Positions 23,883 to 37,186 of a stretch of 64,000 nucleotides of DNA are shown here, piece by piece. Origin of the DNA: Octopus sinensis (lineage: Eukaryota); assembly GCF_006345805.1 (NCBI RefSeq), contig NC_043022.1, forward strand, positions 13,826,001-13,890,000. The letters are read 5' to 3'. A program made the position numbers and the translations under genes. Each line of letters begins with the position of its first letter. Position 1 is the first letter of the stretch. The notes under the pieces are model-generated. The model was not told where the DNA came from and searched no databases. It saw only the letters and a program-made list of their open reading frames with translations.

Positions 23883-24925
23883 GTACCCCACATGTACCAT
23901 TAATCCCTAAACGTTTGTTACATCTACTAAGGTACCCCACTATTAACCCCTAAATGTCTCACATCTAGGGTACCCCACATGTACCATTAATCCCTAAACG
24001 TTTGTTACATGTACTAAGGTACCCCACTATTACTATTAACCCCTAAATGTCTGTCACATTTAGAGTACCCCATAAGTACCATTAATCCCTAAACGTTTGT
24101 TACATGTACTAAGGTACCCCACTATTACTATTAACCCCTAAATGTCTGTCACATTTAGAGTACCCCATAAGTACCATTAATCCCTAAACGTTTGTTACAT
24201 GTACTAAGGTACCCCACTATTACTATTAACCCCTAAATGTCTGTCACATCTGGGGTACCCCACATGTACCATTAATCCCTAAACGTTTGTTACATCTAAG
24301 GTACCCCACTATTAACCCCTAAATGTCTCACATCTAGGGTACCCTACATGTACCATTAATCCCTAAACGTTTGTTACATCTACTAAGGTACCCCACTATT
24401 AACCCCTAAATGTCTCACATCTAGGGTACCCCACATGTACCATTAATCCCTAAACGTTTGTTACATCTACTAAGGTACCCCACTATTACTATTAACCCCT
24501 AAATGTCTGTCACATCTAGGGTACCCCATAAGTACCATTAATCCCTAAACGTTTGTTACATGTACTAAGGTACCCCACTATTACTATTAACCCCTAAATG
24601 TCTGTCACATTTAGAGTACCCCATAAGTACCATTAATTCCTAAACGTTTGTTACATGTACTAAGGTACCCCACTATTACTATTAACCCCTAAATGTCTGT
24701 CACATCTAGGGTACCCCATAAGTACCATTAATCCCTAAACGTTTGTTACATGTACTAAGGTACCCCACTATTACTATTAACCCCTAAATGTCTGTCACAT
24801 TTAGAGTACCCCATAAGTACCATTAATCCCTAAACGTTTGTTACATGTACTAAGGTACCCCACTATTACTATTAACCCCTAAATGTCACATCTAGGGTAC
24901 CCCACATGCACCATTGACCTTAAAT
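23883..24925. repeat. minisatellite, 87-95 bp unit, about 11 copies
   Basis: GTACCCCA units at 23883, 23970, 24065, 24160...; each unit holds two GTACCCCA sub-repeats. Confidence 0.95.
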
Positions 24926-24939
24926 GCTTGTTCTTTCAG

Positions 24940-25156
24940 GATGGGACAGCTGCTTTAAAACAGATGCTGAACATAGGGAACACAGAGTCAGCTCCCTACA
25001 AATTTGACAGCCAAACAGGGGACATGAAAACCCAATCAATCGCCTCCCCTAAAGTACAGATTGCTGTGGCCCCTTCATCCCATGCTGTAGGCAACTTGAG
25101 CAGCAGTGGGGCCTCGAGTTTTACCCACCAAGTCACAGTTGAAGAACTGTTTGAAG
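24940..25156 (+). CDS. XRN1: XRN1 exon 14 in window
   Basis: tttcAG / GTAAGC; DGTAALKQMLNIG...QVTVEELFE, cf. recalled human GTVALKEILKID. Confidence 0.88.
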
Positions 25157-25570
25157 GTAAGCAACAAGTTTTGCATTTGTGTTCTTTGATATGTTCAGGT
25201 GTTTTGCTTTCGTTCTTTACGTTCAAGAGTTCAAATCCCACTCAGGTGAACTTCGCTTTTGGAGGAATCAATAAACTAAAGTACCAGTCGTGTCCTGGGA
25301 TTGATGTAATTGACTAAGCCCCCGCTGTTTAAAAATTGCTGGTCTTGCACCTAAAATTAGAAACCCCTATTATTATTTAAGGTGGCAAGCTGGCAGACAT
25401 GTTAGCATGCCGGGTGAAATGCTTAGCCAGTATTTTGTCCGTCGCTACGTTCCAAGTTCAAATTCCGCCGAGGTCGACTTTGCCTTAGCACCAGTTATGC
25501 TCTGGGGATCAATATAATCAACTTAATTCCTTCCCCCAAATTTGAGGCCTTGTGGTTCCAGTAGAAAGGA

Positions 25571-25772
25571 TTATCCTCATTATCATTATTATTATTATCC
25601 TCATTATTATTATCATTATTATTATCATCATCATTATTATTATTATCCTCATTATTATTATTATTATTATCCTCATTATTATTATTATTATCATCGTTAT
25701 TATTATCCTCATTATTATTATCATTATTATTATCCTCATTATTATTATCATTATTATTATTATTATTATTAA
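25571..25772. repeat. (ATT/ATC)n trinucleotide microsatellite at a SINE-C tail
   Basis: direct inspection. Confidence 0.95.
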
Positions 25773-26802
25773 CCTCATTAAGACGGTAAGTTGGGAAAAT
25801 CCTTAACATGTTGGACAAAATGGTCAATGCTGTTTCTTCTGGCGCTTTCCGTTTTGAGTTCATACGCTGCTGCCAAACCCAACTTTGCCTTTCGTCCTCT
25901 TGGTTGTCTATAAAATAAATTACGTGTCAATTACCGGGTCGTGCAATCCTCTACCTTCCCCTCCTCTCAAAACTGTTGGCCTTGTGGCAAAATCTGAAAC
26001 AATTACAGTTTTTAATTAGACGTGTACTAAACATCTTTATAAATAGAATTGAAGTTGTGTGTGTGAGACTCTGTCTCCTCCGATTTAGATTCCTAACTAC
26101 TCCCACATTTTGTGGTGCAGTTTGACTAAAAGCAGGTATCTTATAGTCGTGATTCATATCGAGCCCTTCTGGGTATTAGCGCGCGTCTACGATGAGTCTA
26201 CGATTTAAAAAAAAATTTACCATCATTTTTCCGCATTTTTATGATTTTTGCTCGGCTTATATAAGGGAAGTAACTCTCTAAAAATGCTAATATAGTTATT
26301 TCCCTTACAAACCCGAGCAACACTGCTAGTTATTGCGTAAAATCTCCATATTTCGCTCTGCCATGCAGTGTTACTGCTATGGCAGGGACACATTAAACCT
26401 CAAAACCTCATCCCTGCTGGATTCCTGGTAAAGCGGTGATGAACAACTCACATGGATGGAGCAGATGCAGCCGATTCTGTCCGTCGCTTTGCTCACAATC
26501 CTTACTCATGAGCTGTATATGCAACTATTTATTTTGTTTGCTCAAGAGCCCAGATGGAGGGCAAAGTGATCCACAGGGTCCCACCTCTGAGAGGGTTAAT
26601 ATGTTCGAATGCGTTCAAACATGGAAAGACAAAGCACAAGACAATTCTCCTTCAAGACAATAAGGGTGTAAACACACCACATGTGGCAATGTTGTCCTAA
26701 AAGGAAAATTACTTCTCTCGAGACAACTTGTGCAGCATATTGTCCTTCCATGTCCGAATGTACCCAAAACATACCGTTCTATATTTAAGAGATGACGAAT
26801 TA

Positions 26803-26947
26803 TGTACATTATTTACATTGGACGGATATTTTGTCCTCATCTTGTTTGTTGTTAACACAATGTTTCAGCTGATATACCCTCCAGCCTTCATCAGGTGTCT
26901 TGGGGGAAATTTCAAACCTGCGTTCTCATTCCTAAGGTATTTTTCGA

Positions 26948-26979
<32 letters not shown>

Positions 26980-27095
26980 TCACTGCCTGGACTCGAACTT
27001 GGAATTTTGGAGTTAGTAGCCCGTGCTCTTAACCACTACGCCATATTCTCACGGGCATATAATCCCAAGATTCCGAGTTCGATTCCAGGCAGTGA

Positions 27096-27133
<38 letters not shown>

Positions 27134-27275
27134 TTGAAAAATACCTTAGGAATGAGAACCCAGGTTCGAAATTTCCCCAAGACACTTGAAGGAGGCTGGA
27201 GGGTATATCAGCTGAAATGTTGTGTTAACAACAAACAAGATGAGGACAAATATCTGTCAAATGTAAATAATGTAC
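26803..27275. mobile_element. back-to-back pair of a tRNA-headed element with a Penelope-like hammerhead tail
   Basis: imperfect inverted repeat with arms about 210 bp; tRNA-like A box GGCGTAGTGG and B box AGTTCGAGTCC, (AAT)n, then hammerhead module. Confidence 0.65.
26855..26898 (-). ncRNA. minimal hammerhead motif, one stem III change
   Basis: ACAC-CTGATGA-A-GGCTG(10 nt)CAGCT-GAAACAT-T^GTGT; ACAT looks like CpG decay of palindromic ACGT (the + copy at 27182-27225 reads ATGT). Confidence 0.55.
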
Positions 27276-27338
27276 CCAAAACATGTTAAATAGGATTGTG
27301 CAAAATGGTATTTTATGTTTTTGTTGGTTTCTATATAG

Positions 27339-28166
27339 CAGTGGTTCTCACCCAGGGCCCACATGACCATTAAGGGGTCCATATAAGATTTTTCTTTGTT
27401 TAAATTTATCTGCAATAAATTGCTTACATTTTTACAATTTGCAAAAGTATTAAAATTTTTTAATACAATTCCTAATAATATTCGGTTGTCCGGAAAGTTT
27501 GTGCCGATTTATAGTAGCTTACCTTTCGACTTATTTTAGAACATGGTTGAGTCCATAAAATAGGATATTGACTACGCCTCCATTTAGAGCACAGTTTAAG
27601 CTATCTTTTCGTGGAAGCAGGTTTATGTTCCTATAACCTCTGTGAATTCTGTAACCCTTTAAAATGGAAGATAAGAAAGTTCATTTTCGGCACTTGATGC
27701 TTTGGGAACCAGACAAAAATTGCTGCAGCTCGGTTGGGACGTGTTATCCCACCCTCCATATTCACCAGATATTGCTCCTTCGGATTTCCACTTATTCAGG
27801 TCTCTGCAGAATAGTCTTAATGGTAAAAATTTCAATTACTTGGATAATGTAAAAAGATACCTTGATGAATTCTTTGCCATGAAACCACCTCAATTCTGGG
27901 AAGAGGGTATTTTCAAGTTAAAGGAAAGATGGAGACGCATTGTGCAACAAAATGGTTCATATTTGGTTGATTAAAAATGTAATGGCGAGTATTTATTGAC
28001 CTTTTTCTTTCCTTTAAAAATCGGCACAAACTTTCCGGACAACGCAATATTTAATTATAGAAATACTGTAGGATTTCTTTTTATATACTTGGAAGGGCTA
28101 TGAGGGGCCAGTAGAGTAAAACAGAAATCAAAAGAGTCCATGGGCAAAAAAGGGGTTTCAGAACTG
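27339..28166. mobile_element. older hAT-like MITE hosting the mariner
   Basis: CAGTGGTTCTCA ... TTTCAGAACTG ends; degenerate 8-bp TSD CTATATAG / CTTTATGG. Confidence 0.5.
27481..28047 (+). mobile_element. internally deleted mariner (cecropia-like)
   Basis: 30-bp TIRs (2 mismatches) flanked by TA; N-terminal MEDKKVHFRHLML fused to C-terminal HPPYSPDIAPSDFHLFRSL...RWRRIVQQNGSY. Confidence 0.92.
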
Positions 28167-28502
28167 CTTTATGGGTTTATTTTTGTTATTCTTTTTTTGT
28201 TGGGTGGCAAGAAGTGGGTGTGCCCTGACATGCCTTGTCCCCTAACTGCTGTAATCTTGTCCAAACATTGCTTAAATGATCATCACCAGAAGCTGTGATC
28301 AATCTTGACCATTGGTGGTTGTTGGATAGTTAAGAAGTTTGCTTCTCGACCATGTGGATGCAGGTTCAATCTTACTGTGCAGCACCTTGAGTAAAATATA
28401 TTCTACTTAAAGCCCTTGGGCCAACCAATGCTTTGTGAGGGAATTTGCTGGACAAAAATTGAAAGAAACTTGTTATGTGTGTATGTATGTGTATATAAAT
28501 AT

Positions 28503-28534
<32 letters not shown>

Positions 28535-30007
28535 GGGAAAAAAAGTCAAGGTAGAAAATGTTAAAATAATTTTATCATGAAAAACATTTTAGTACCGGTT
28601 TTGGTCATTGATACTTTTTCAACTCTAAGTATGGAAAACAATTAAATTTTGAGAAAATTAAATGAAAAGTTTTGGTAAACGAGTAAACAAGAGAGACGGA
28701 GATAGGCAGAAACAAGGAAAATGCCCCTTGTATTTGAATACTATGCAAGAATTTTTCTTTTAATTTTCCTAAAATTTAATTGTTTTCCATACTTAGAGTT
28801 GAAAAAGTCTCAATGACTGAAACCGGTACTGAAATGTTTTTTATAAAAATTATTTCAGCATTTTCTACCTTGACTTTTTTTCCATATATATATATATATC
28901 ACGTCTTCCTTTTCAACCTTCTACATATGTGTGTGTGTGTGTGTGAGAGAGAGAGCAGTAGCTCCAAATAACCTATCCAACCCATGTATATTGTGGCGAA
29001 GATGGTGGGGCTGTGTGTGGTGTGTGTGGACTCCTTTGTTTTATTGACAAATGGTGTTTCAGCAAGACAGAAAATGACCATCACCTCATGGCTGCAAGTG
29101 TGCTAGGTCAAAGGTGAAGACTTCTTTTAGCATCCTCTGCCCTACCCCATCGTGTCTTTCCCTATCGCCACTGGACTTATCAAGGAAGAGTGCCAGTGTC
29201 TCGGTCTACTGAACCCTCTTCAAGACGATCGTTTATTCCGGTGGGTCTGGTTTTATGCACAGCCAGTTCTACTCCCTTTGTTCCTTCCGACTTGTATTGA
29301 TTTAGTACCATCTGCCATTGTTATCCCGAACCCAGCAGTTAACAGGAGCATGGAGTTATCTGCTCTTAGATGAGCAGCAGAAGAGATGAAGAGAGCGTAT
29401 GTATGTCATCATCATCATCGTCGTTTACTGTCCGCTTTCCATGCTGGCATGAGTTGGACAGTTTGACTGGGGACTGACAAGCCAGGAGGCTGCACCAGGC
29501 TCCAATCTGATCTGGCAAGGTTTCTACAGCTGGATGCCCTTCCTAATATGCCAACCACTTTACAGAGAGTGTATGAGTGGTTTTTACATGTCACCGGCAC
29601 GGGGAGCCAGTTAGGTGGCACTGGCATCAACCATGTGTAGATGGGTCTTTTTATGTGTTACCGGCACGGGGAGCCAGTCAGGCAGTACTGGCAATGATCC
29701 ATGCACGAACGGTGCTTATTGCATGTCACCAGCACAAGAGCCAGTCAGGCCGTGTGTACTTATATAATATACAGAGAGAGAGATAGAGAGAGAAGGGGAG
29801 TATAATTTGTGTGTACAGTTGAATGTATGACTGCTACTATTAAGTTTAGAACTCCACATAGATTATTATGTTGCAGTCTGCTTCCAGAGCAAATTTAAGA
29901 GAAATTGCGATAAACAAGTTTTTGTTTTTATATATATATACTGGAGTAAACACATAAATGTGAAAGAAGGTGGAAAAAAGAGTACTCAAATACCAGGGGT
30001 AGAGTAA

Positions 30008-30138
30008 TATGCTTTATTTAAAAGCAGCAGAAATTCAACAAAACCTGTTACTCTGAGTTTCACATTCTGACGAACAGGAACGTGAAACTCAGAGTAACAG
30101 GTTTTGTTGAATTTTCTGCTGCTTTTAAATAAAGCATA
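30008..30138. mobile_element. Penelope-like inverted terminus with degenerate hammerhead
   Basis: about 60-bp arms; CTGACGA-AC(A)GGAACGT-GAAACTCAGAGTA at 30067-30096, stem I lost at the inversion junction. Confidence 0.55.
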
Positions 30139-30367
30139 TATATATATATATTCTTTTCTACTCTAGGCACAAGGCCCAAAATTTTGGGGAAGGGGGCCAA
30201 TCGATTAGATCAACCCCAGTATGTAACTGGCATTTAATTTATCGACCCCAAAAGGATGAAAGGCAAAGTTGACCTCAGCGGAATTTGAACTCCGAACGTA
30301 AAGCCAGACAAAATACCGCTAAGCATTTCACCCAGAGTGCTAATGATTCTGCCAACGCACCTTATAC

Positions 30368-30418
<51 letters not shown>

Positions 30419-30422
30419 TGCA

Positions 30423-31296
30423 CAAGGGTGCGATGAATAAATTGTCATCTAATTTACGCAAAAATGAAAATAACACTGACATCTCATTTTAACAGATATA
30501 TTTACCAAAATTACATAAAAATATCTTGAAATAATAAAAAGTAAATTTATTCAATAAAATCGCCGTTGGCTTCAACCACGGCCTCCAGACAACTTCGGAA
30601 TCTTCTGCAATTCTTCAGGACAGTCTCCTTATTTAAGTTGGCGAATGCTGCCATAATCCTTGCCTTCAGTTCATCTTTGCTGTTACAAGGAGTTTTGTTG
30701 GTCTCTCGCTCAATTGCACCCCACACATAATAATCAAGGGGGTTGCAGTCTGGGGAGTCGGGTGGCCAGATGTTAGGGGTGATGTGGTCGCAGAAATTGT
30801 CTGAAAGCTATTCCTGGGTTCTCCTGCTTGTGTGGCATGGTGCAGAGTCCTGTTGCCAGACATTAAGGTCTTCCAGCAGCCACTCTCTTTACCCAGAGTA
30901 GCACCACCTCCTCCAGGTACTTGATGTAGGCCTCCGTGTTGAGCCTGAGGCCATGTGGGAAGATGAGTGGAGGCATAACGTCACCATCACTAGTGATCAC
31001 TCCAAACACCATGATGTTGACTGGATGTTTGATTTTTATCACTCTCGGTTGATGTCCTCAGACTGTCACCCAACATTCTGAAATGTTCGTATTGGAGATT
31101 CCAACACGAATGCCAAGCAGTACAGCATATCATTTCCAAATTTCTGGCAGAGCGATTTGTATCATGGTGCTGTTTTTCTCAGAGACAATGCCCAACTGAC
31201 CCTACTATACTGTGTAGTTGACAAAATCAAAAACAAACAATGCACATGCGTGAAATTAAAAGTATAAAACGGTGACAACTTACCCATCGCACCTTG
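30423..31296 (-). mobile_element. DD37D (maT) Tc1/mariner element, internally deleted, with stops
   Basis: imperfect TIRs CAAGG(G)TGCGATG...TTGTCA; minus strand IMVFGVITSDG..., QQDSAPCH and WPPDSPDCNPLDY with 37 residues between the last two Asp. Confidence 0.88.
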
Positions 31297-31549
31297 TATA
31301 TGTATGTATGTATGTATATATATATATATATATATATAAAAACAAACACACACACACACATGTATTGTGGGCTTGAATGAATTCTGGTGCAATCTCATCA
31401 TCACCATTTAGCATCCATTTTCCTTGCTGGCTTGGGTTGAATTGTTTGACAAGACTGACAACAGGTTCCAATATCTGTTTTGGAATGGTTTCTATGGCTG
31501 GATGCCTTTCCTAATGCCAACCACTTTACAGAGTCTACTGGGAGCTTTT

Positions 31550-32085
31550 TACGTGATAGCATCACCACCGCTTTTTACATGGCACCATCACCGGTGCTTT
31601 TTATGCGGTGCCATCACTGATGCTTTTTACATGGCTCCATCACCGGAGCTTTTTATGTGGCACCATCACTAGCACTTTTTACGTGGTACCATCACCGGAG
31701 CTTTTTACATGGTACCATCACTAGCACTTTTTACGTGGTACCATCACCGGAGCTTTTTACATGGTACCATCACTAGCACTTTTTACGTGGTACCATCACC
31801 GGAGCTTTTTACATGGTACCATCACTAGCACTTTTTACGTGGTACCATCACCGGAGCTTTTTACATGGTACCATCACTAGCACTTTTTACGTGGTACCAT
31901 CACCAGAGCTTTTTACATGGTACCATCACTAGCACTTTTTACGTGGTACCATCACCGGAGCTTTTTACATGGTACCATCACTAGCACTTTTTACGTGGTA
32001 CCATCACCGAGCTTTTTACATGGTACCATCACTAGCACTTTTTACGTGGTACCATCACCGGAGCTTTTTATGTTGCACCATCAAT
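31550..32085. repeat. 52-bp (2 x 26) minisatellite inside a SINE-B
   Basis: GTACCATCACTAGCACTTTTTACGTG / GTACCATCACCGGAGCTTTTTACATG alternate; period 52 (31681 to 31733). Confidence 0.92.
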
Positions 32086-33402
32086 GGTGCTTCTTAACGT
32101 GGCACCAGCATACATTTGCTTATGTATACAGGTTAAAACAGCATGTCCCTAGTCATGGTACTGTGTGTAGAGTGGTCCATATGTATGTGTTACAGTATGT
32201 AAGCAGTCTTTAATCACACACACACACACACACACACACATACCCTGTCTCCATATCAGCTGTCTATATCTGATTTTTCTTTCCCACCATGCTAGCTTAT
32301 CGGAGGTTTTCCAAGAAGAGTAAGTTACAAAAAAAGAAAAAAAAAATCTATAGAAATCCTTTTTTTGGCTCATGCTTTTCATCATTTATAGCATGTTTCA
32401 TTGTTGTTGTTGTTATGTATGTAGGTGTGTTTGTGTATCTGAAAACATAAATTGTCTTCTCAAAATATGGTTTATTTTATTTAAATTGGTGGAATTGGTC
32501 GCATGTCAGACAAAACGCTTAGCAACATCTCTTCCAGCTTTTTATGTTCCAAGTTCAAATTCTGTCAAGATCACCTTTGCCTATTTTCCTTCCAGGGTCA
32601 GTAAAATATGCGCCTGTTGAGCATCGGAGGTCGATGTAATCAAGCAGCTCCCCCCTCTAAAAATTGCAGGCCTTGTGCCTCTAGTAGAAACAATTATTAT
32701 TATTATTATTTTTGTTATTATTGTGCTGGTGGCATGTAAAAAGCACCAACTGATCATGGCTGTTGCCGGTGGCATGTAAAAAGCACCCACTACACTCTCG
32801 GAGTGGTTGGCATTAGGAAGGGCATCCAGCTGTAGAAACACTGCCAGATCAGACTCGAGCCTGGTGCAGCCTACTGGCTTCCCAGACCCTGGTCGAACCG
32901 TCTAACGCGTCAAGTTGGTATAAATGGGTCAAAGGATCACGTTTTCAATTTTGTTGGGTGTCTTATTCAGTCCCAGACTCATTCATCATCATTGTTTTAC
33001 TTCCACTTTTCCATATCTGCATGGATCAGACAGAATTTGTTGAGCCTGATTCTTCAACAGCCAGAGGCTCTTCCTGTCACCAACCTTCGCCTATTTTTTC
33101 CAAGCAAGGAAATATTTCCTCCTGGCCAGATAGGTTTTTCCATGGGTGACTGGTGATGGACACTCCTTGTAGGATGGGCGACTTTCATTTCCAAGTATCG
33201 CATGTCAAGACAGAGAGTGGAACACACACACACAGTATATACACACACACATAGAGTATATATATATACACACAGAGTATATATATATACACACACACAC
33301 AGTATATATATATATACACACACACACACAGTATATGTATATACACACACACAGTATATATATATATACACACACACACACACAGTATATACACACACAC
33401 AG

Positions 33403-33440
<38 letters not shown>

Positions 33441-34123
33441 TGGTATGCTTCTTTTAGTTTCTGTCTCCCAGATCCACTTACAAGGCTTTGGTTGGCCCAG
33501 GGCTATATCAGAAGACACTTGCCATGCAGTGGGATTGAACCTGGAACCATATGATGATGAAGTGAACATCTTTACCCCACAGTCACGCACAGATTTACGA
33601 TGAAATCGAAACCTGGGTATCTTGTTGCGTAAACTTATCTGGGTGTTTCATGGGTTTTGAGTGTAGAATATCCTGTGAGTACAGGTTGTGTGGTTAAGAG
33701 GCTTGCTTTGCAACCATTTCATTTCAGGTTCAGTCCCTCTGCATGGCACTTTGGCCAAATGTCTTCTATTACGGCTTCAACTCAATCAAGGCTTTGTGAG
33801 TGAATTTGATAGCTTAGAAACTGTGAGGAAGCCCTTCGTGCGTGTGTGTGTGTGTGTGTAAGATTCTGCATGCGTACAGAAAGAACTAGTGTGTTATATG
33901 ATTCTACATACATGTTTAAAGGAGTGTATATCTATGGGAGGCTTGTAAGAGAAATTAAGTTCTGTTTGAATAAGGTATGTGTGTGCTTGTGCATATATAT
34001 ATATGCATGTGTGTGTATATGTATGCATGTGTGTGTGTGTGTATATATATGTATGTGTATATATATATATATATGCATGTGTGTGTATATATATGCATGT
34101 GTGTGTATATATATGCATGTGTG

Positions 34124-34155
<32 letters not shown>

Positions 34156-34156
34156 C

Positions 34157-34202
<46 letters not shown>

Positions 34203-35472
34203 GTGTGTGTATATGTATGTATGTGTGTATATATCATCATCATTGTTTAACGTCCGCTTTCCATGCTAGCATGGGTTGGACGGTTCAACTGGGGTCTGGG
34301 AAGCCAGAAGGCTGCACCAGGCTCCAGTTTGATCTGGCAGTGTTTCTACGGCTGGATGCCCTTCCTAATGCCAACCACTGGGTGCTTTTTACGTGCCACC
34401 TGGGCAGGTGCCAGACGAGGCTGGCAAACGGCCACGATCGGATTGGTGCTTTTTACGTGCCACCGGCACAGGGGTCAGACGAAGCTGGCATGAAACAATG
34501 CCTGCCATGGAGAAATTTTACCTTAAATGCAAACAGGTAGGGATTGGGGACAAGAAGGGCATCCAGCTGTAGAAAACCTGCCTCGTTAAATTTTGTCCAA
34601 CCCATACAACAATGATTGTGTGTGTGTGTGTGTGTGTGTGCATGCAAAGGTGTCTATGACCATTGACGTTCCATTGCTTGTCGCTGGTTGTCCAAAGCGG
34701 TGATGATGTTGACATTCCTCGTTGGCATTATGACCAATTTGCTTTCTGCTTTCAAAAACTCCTGGAATAAAATACTGAAAAAAAAATCCCTTATTTGAAA
34801 ACCCGATAAGACTTGGTGACAGGAAGAGCATCCAGTTGTTAAATCCCACCCTTTATATAATAACCCCTTTCCCTTCCAAACCTCTGCAGCTATCGAATAA
34901 TGAACATGGAACGAACCAAGGAGTTTTCTTTTGAAATTTTATTTATCCATGTAAAGTGTATTGTTGTTGTTGTTGCCTGGTGTTTTTGTTGTTGTTCCTC
35001 TTACTGTTGTCTTGTGGCTGGTATAGTTGCCATGACTGTTTGTTTTTGCATGAATGAGCTTTTCCTAGAGAAGCCATGAGTTGGCCACTGCATATCGACA
35101 AAGCACTCGTCAACTCTCTTTTTGCTACCAAATTTCAGTTGAAACACAGAATTTATTTCTTCTATTAATTTCTGTAAAATAACTTTGTCGTTATTCAATC
35201 TGGTCTTTGGAACATAAATCATGAAATTTTTTATGGAAGGTCTTTAGTTTTTAGATCACTTTAACTCTTTACTCTTTTACTTGTTTCAGTCAGTTGACTG
35301 CGGCCATGCTGGAGCACCGCCTTTAGTCGAGCAACTCGACCCCGGGACTTATTCTTTTGTAAGCCCAGTACTTATTCTATCGGTCTCTTTTGCCGAACCG
35401 CTAAGTTACGGGGACATAAACACACCAGCATCGGTTGTCAAGCAATGCTAGGGGGACAAACACAGACACACA

Positions 35473-35512
<40 letters not shown>

Positions 35513-36245
35513 TATATACGATGGGCTTCTTTCAGTTTCCGGCTACCAAATCCACTCACAAGGCTTTGGTCGGCCCGAGGCTACAGTAGAAGACACTTGC
35601 CCAAGGTGCCACGCAGTGGGACTGAACCCGGAACCATGTGGTTGGTAAACAAGCTACTTACCACACAGCCACTCCTGCGCCTATTGGTTATTATATTTTT
35701 GTTGAAATAAACTGCATTGTTGCAATTAACTTTGAAAATAATGAAGAAATTAATAAAATAAGTCATTATTAAGCTCGGGGTCATTAGCATGCCAGGTGAA
35801 ATGCTTAACAGTATTTTGCCTGTTGCTATGTTCTGAGTTCAAATTCCACCTAAGTTGACTTTGCCTTCCATCCTTTCTGGGTTGATAAATTAAGTACCAG
35901 TTGCGTACTGGGGTTGATATAATTGACTAGTCCCCCCAAAAAAATTTTAACCCTTGTGCCTTTAGTAGAAAGGATTATTAAGCTCAGGTTCAGGACAAAT
36001 GAACATGGAATTTTGATGGATGGTTTTAATTAAGATCACTTTAACCCTTTTGTTACCATATTTCTTTTGAAATAGGCTACCATTGTTTCAATTTTGAAAA
36101 GGATTTAATAAAATGGCTTTTGTCATTATTAAGTTGATGCTTGGATCATAAATTAATATGAAATTTTGATGGAAACTTAATTTAGATGATTTTAGAGCAA
36201 AGTTTATATCCTGGGATCCAGGAAATATATACACACATATATATA

Positions 36246-36448
36246 TTGGGTTGGTGCAGAATTATTGCAGCTGTTTTTCTACAAATTTTATTCAATAAAA
36301 ACAATAACAACATTTAACAAAAACTTCGTTAAATGATTATTCTGGAGCATATTCACCATCTACCTCAAATTCTGCCTGGCATTTTGTTTAAATTTTTTGT
36401 TGAATAAAATTTATTGAAAGAAGTCGCAATAATTCTGCACCAACCTAA
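36246..36448. mobile_element. mariner MITE (Hsmar1/MADE-like TIRs)
   Basis: TA-TTGGGTTGGTGCAGAATTATTGC ... GCAATAATTCTGCACCAACCTAA-TA. Confidence 0.88.
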
Positions 36449-36935
36449 TATATATATATATTTATTTCATTTTTGTATTTGGTTTGCAGTATTTTTTTCT
36501 GTGAATTCCTGTGTTGAAACCAATTTTGTTGTGTCTTGGGAGAGTCGTGACAGCAGTAATAAAAACACAGGCACAGACTCAATTCCATTTCTTTAGCGTT
36601 AGTCAATTGGTTGCATATCAAACCAACCGACTGACCAATTGTTTGTTCAATGGGCTGCTTTGTCTGTCAGCTGACTAAAACTAAAGAAGTGGTCTGTTAT
36701 TCTTGGTGTACGCAGAGTAGATGAAACCATGGCGACTGAAGAAGGGGAATTTTCCTTGTGTTATTTGTCCTGTACTCTATTTTTTCGTTGTTTAAGAAAA
36801 ATGTCCAGTTCCTTGGTTTTGTGTTTATGTTTTCGTTTCTCATTGTGTTCGACGTTTTTTTGGTGTCCTGTACCCATATATGCGTGTATATATACATGTA
36901 GAGGTAGGTACGTACGTACATGTATGTATATATCC

Positions 36936-37186
36936 ACCTGTAAGTGGACATCCATTATGCTAGAAGACCCGCTATGGTCTTACCACCAAGAAAGGAATGT
37001 TCTCCAGAAAATTTAGCAAACGCCAGAACATAAGTGAGCATGACAAATGAAAAGATACAAAATAAAGATTAAATGTCTTGCTCGCTTACATTCTGGCGTT
37101 TGCTAAATTTTCTTGAGAACATTCCTTTGTTAGTGGTAAGACCATAGCAGATCTACTTCTAGCATAATGGATGTCCACTTACAGGT
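36936..37186. repeat. foldback element, arms about 110 bp
   Basis: ACCTGTAAGTGGACATCCATTATGCTAGAAG ... CTTCTAGCATAATGGATGTCCACTTACAGGT. Confidence 0.85.

Noticed and set aside
23883-24925. Regular repeat arrays resembling CRISPR (also 31550-32085)
   Set aside because: There are no unique spacers, the units are head-to-tail minisatellites, and the context is eukaryotic with no cas genes.
25495-25863. Poly-Asn / poly-Ile ORFs
   Set aside because: These are translations of the (ATT/ATC)n microsatellite.
36729-36770. CTGAAGA-AGGGGAA motif as another hammerhead
   Set aside because: There is no downstream GAAA core or stem III; at best it is a truncated Penelope-like junction.
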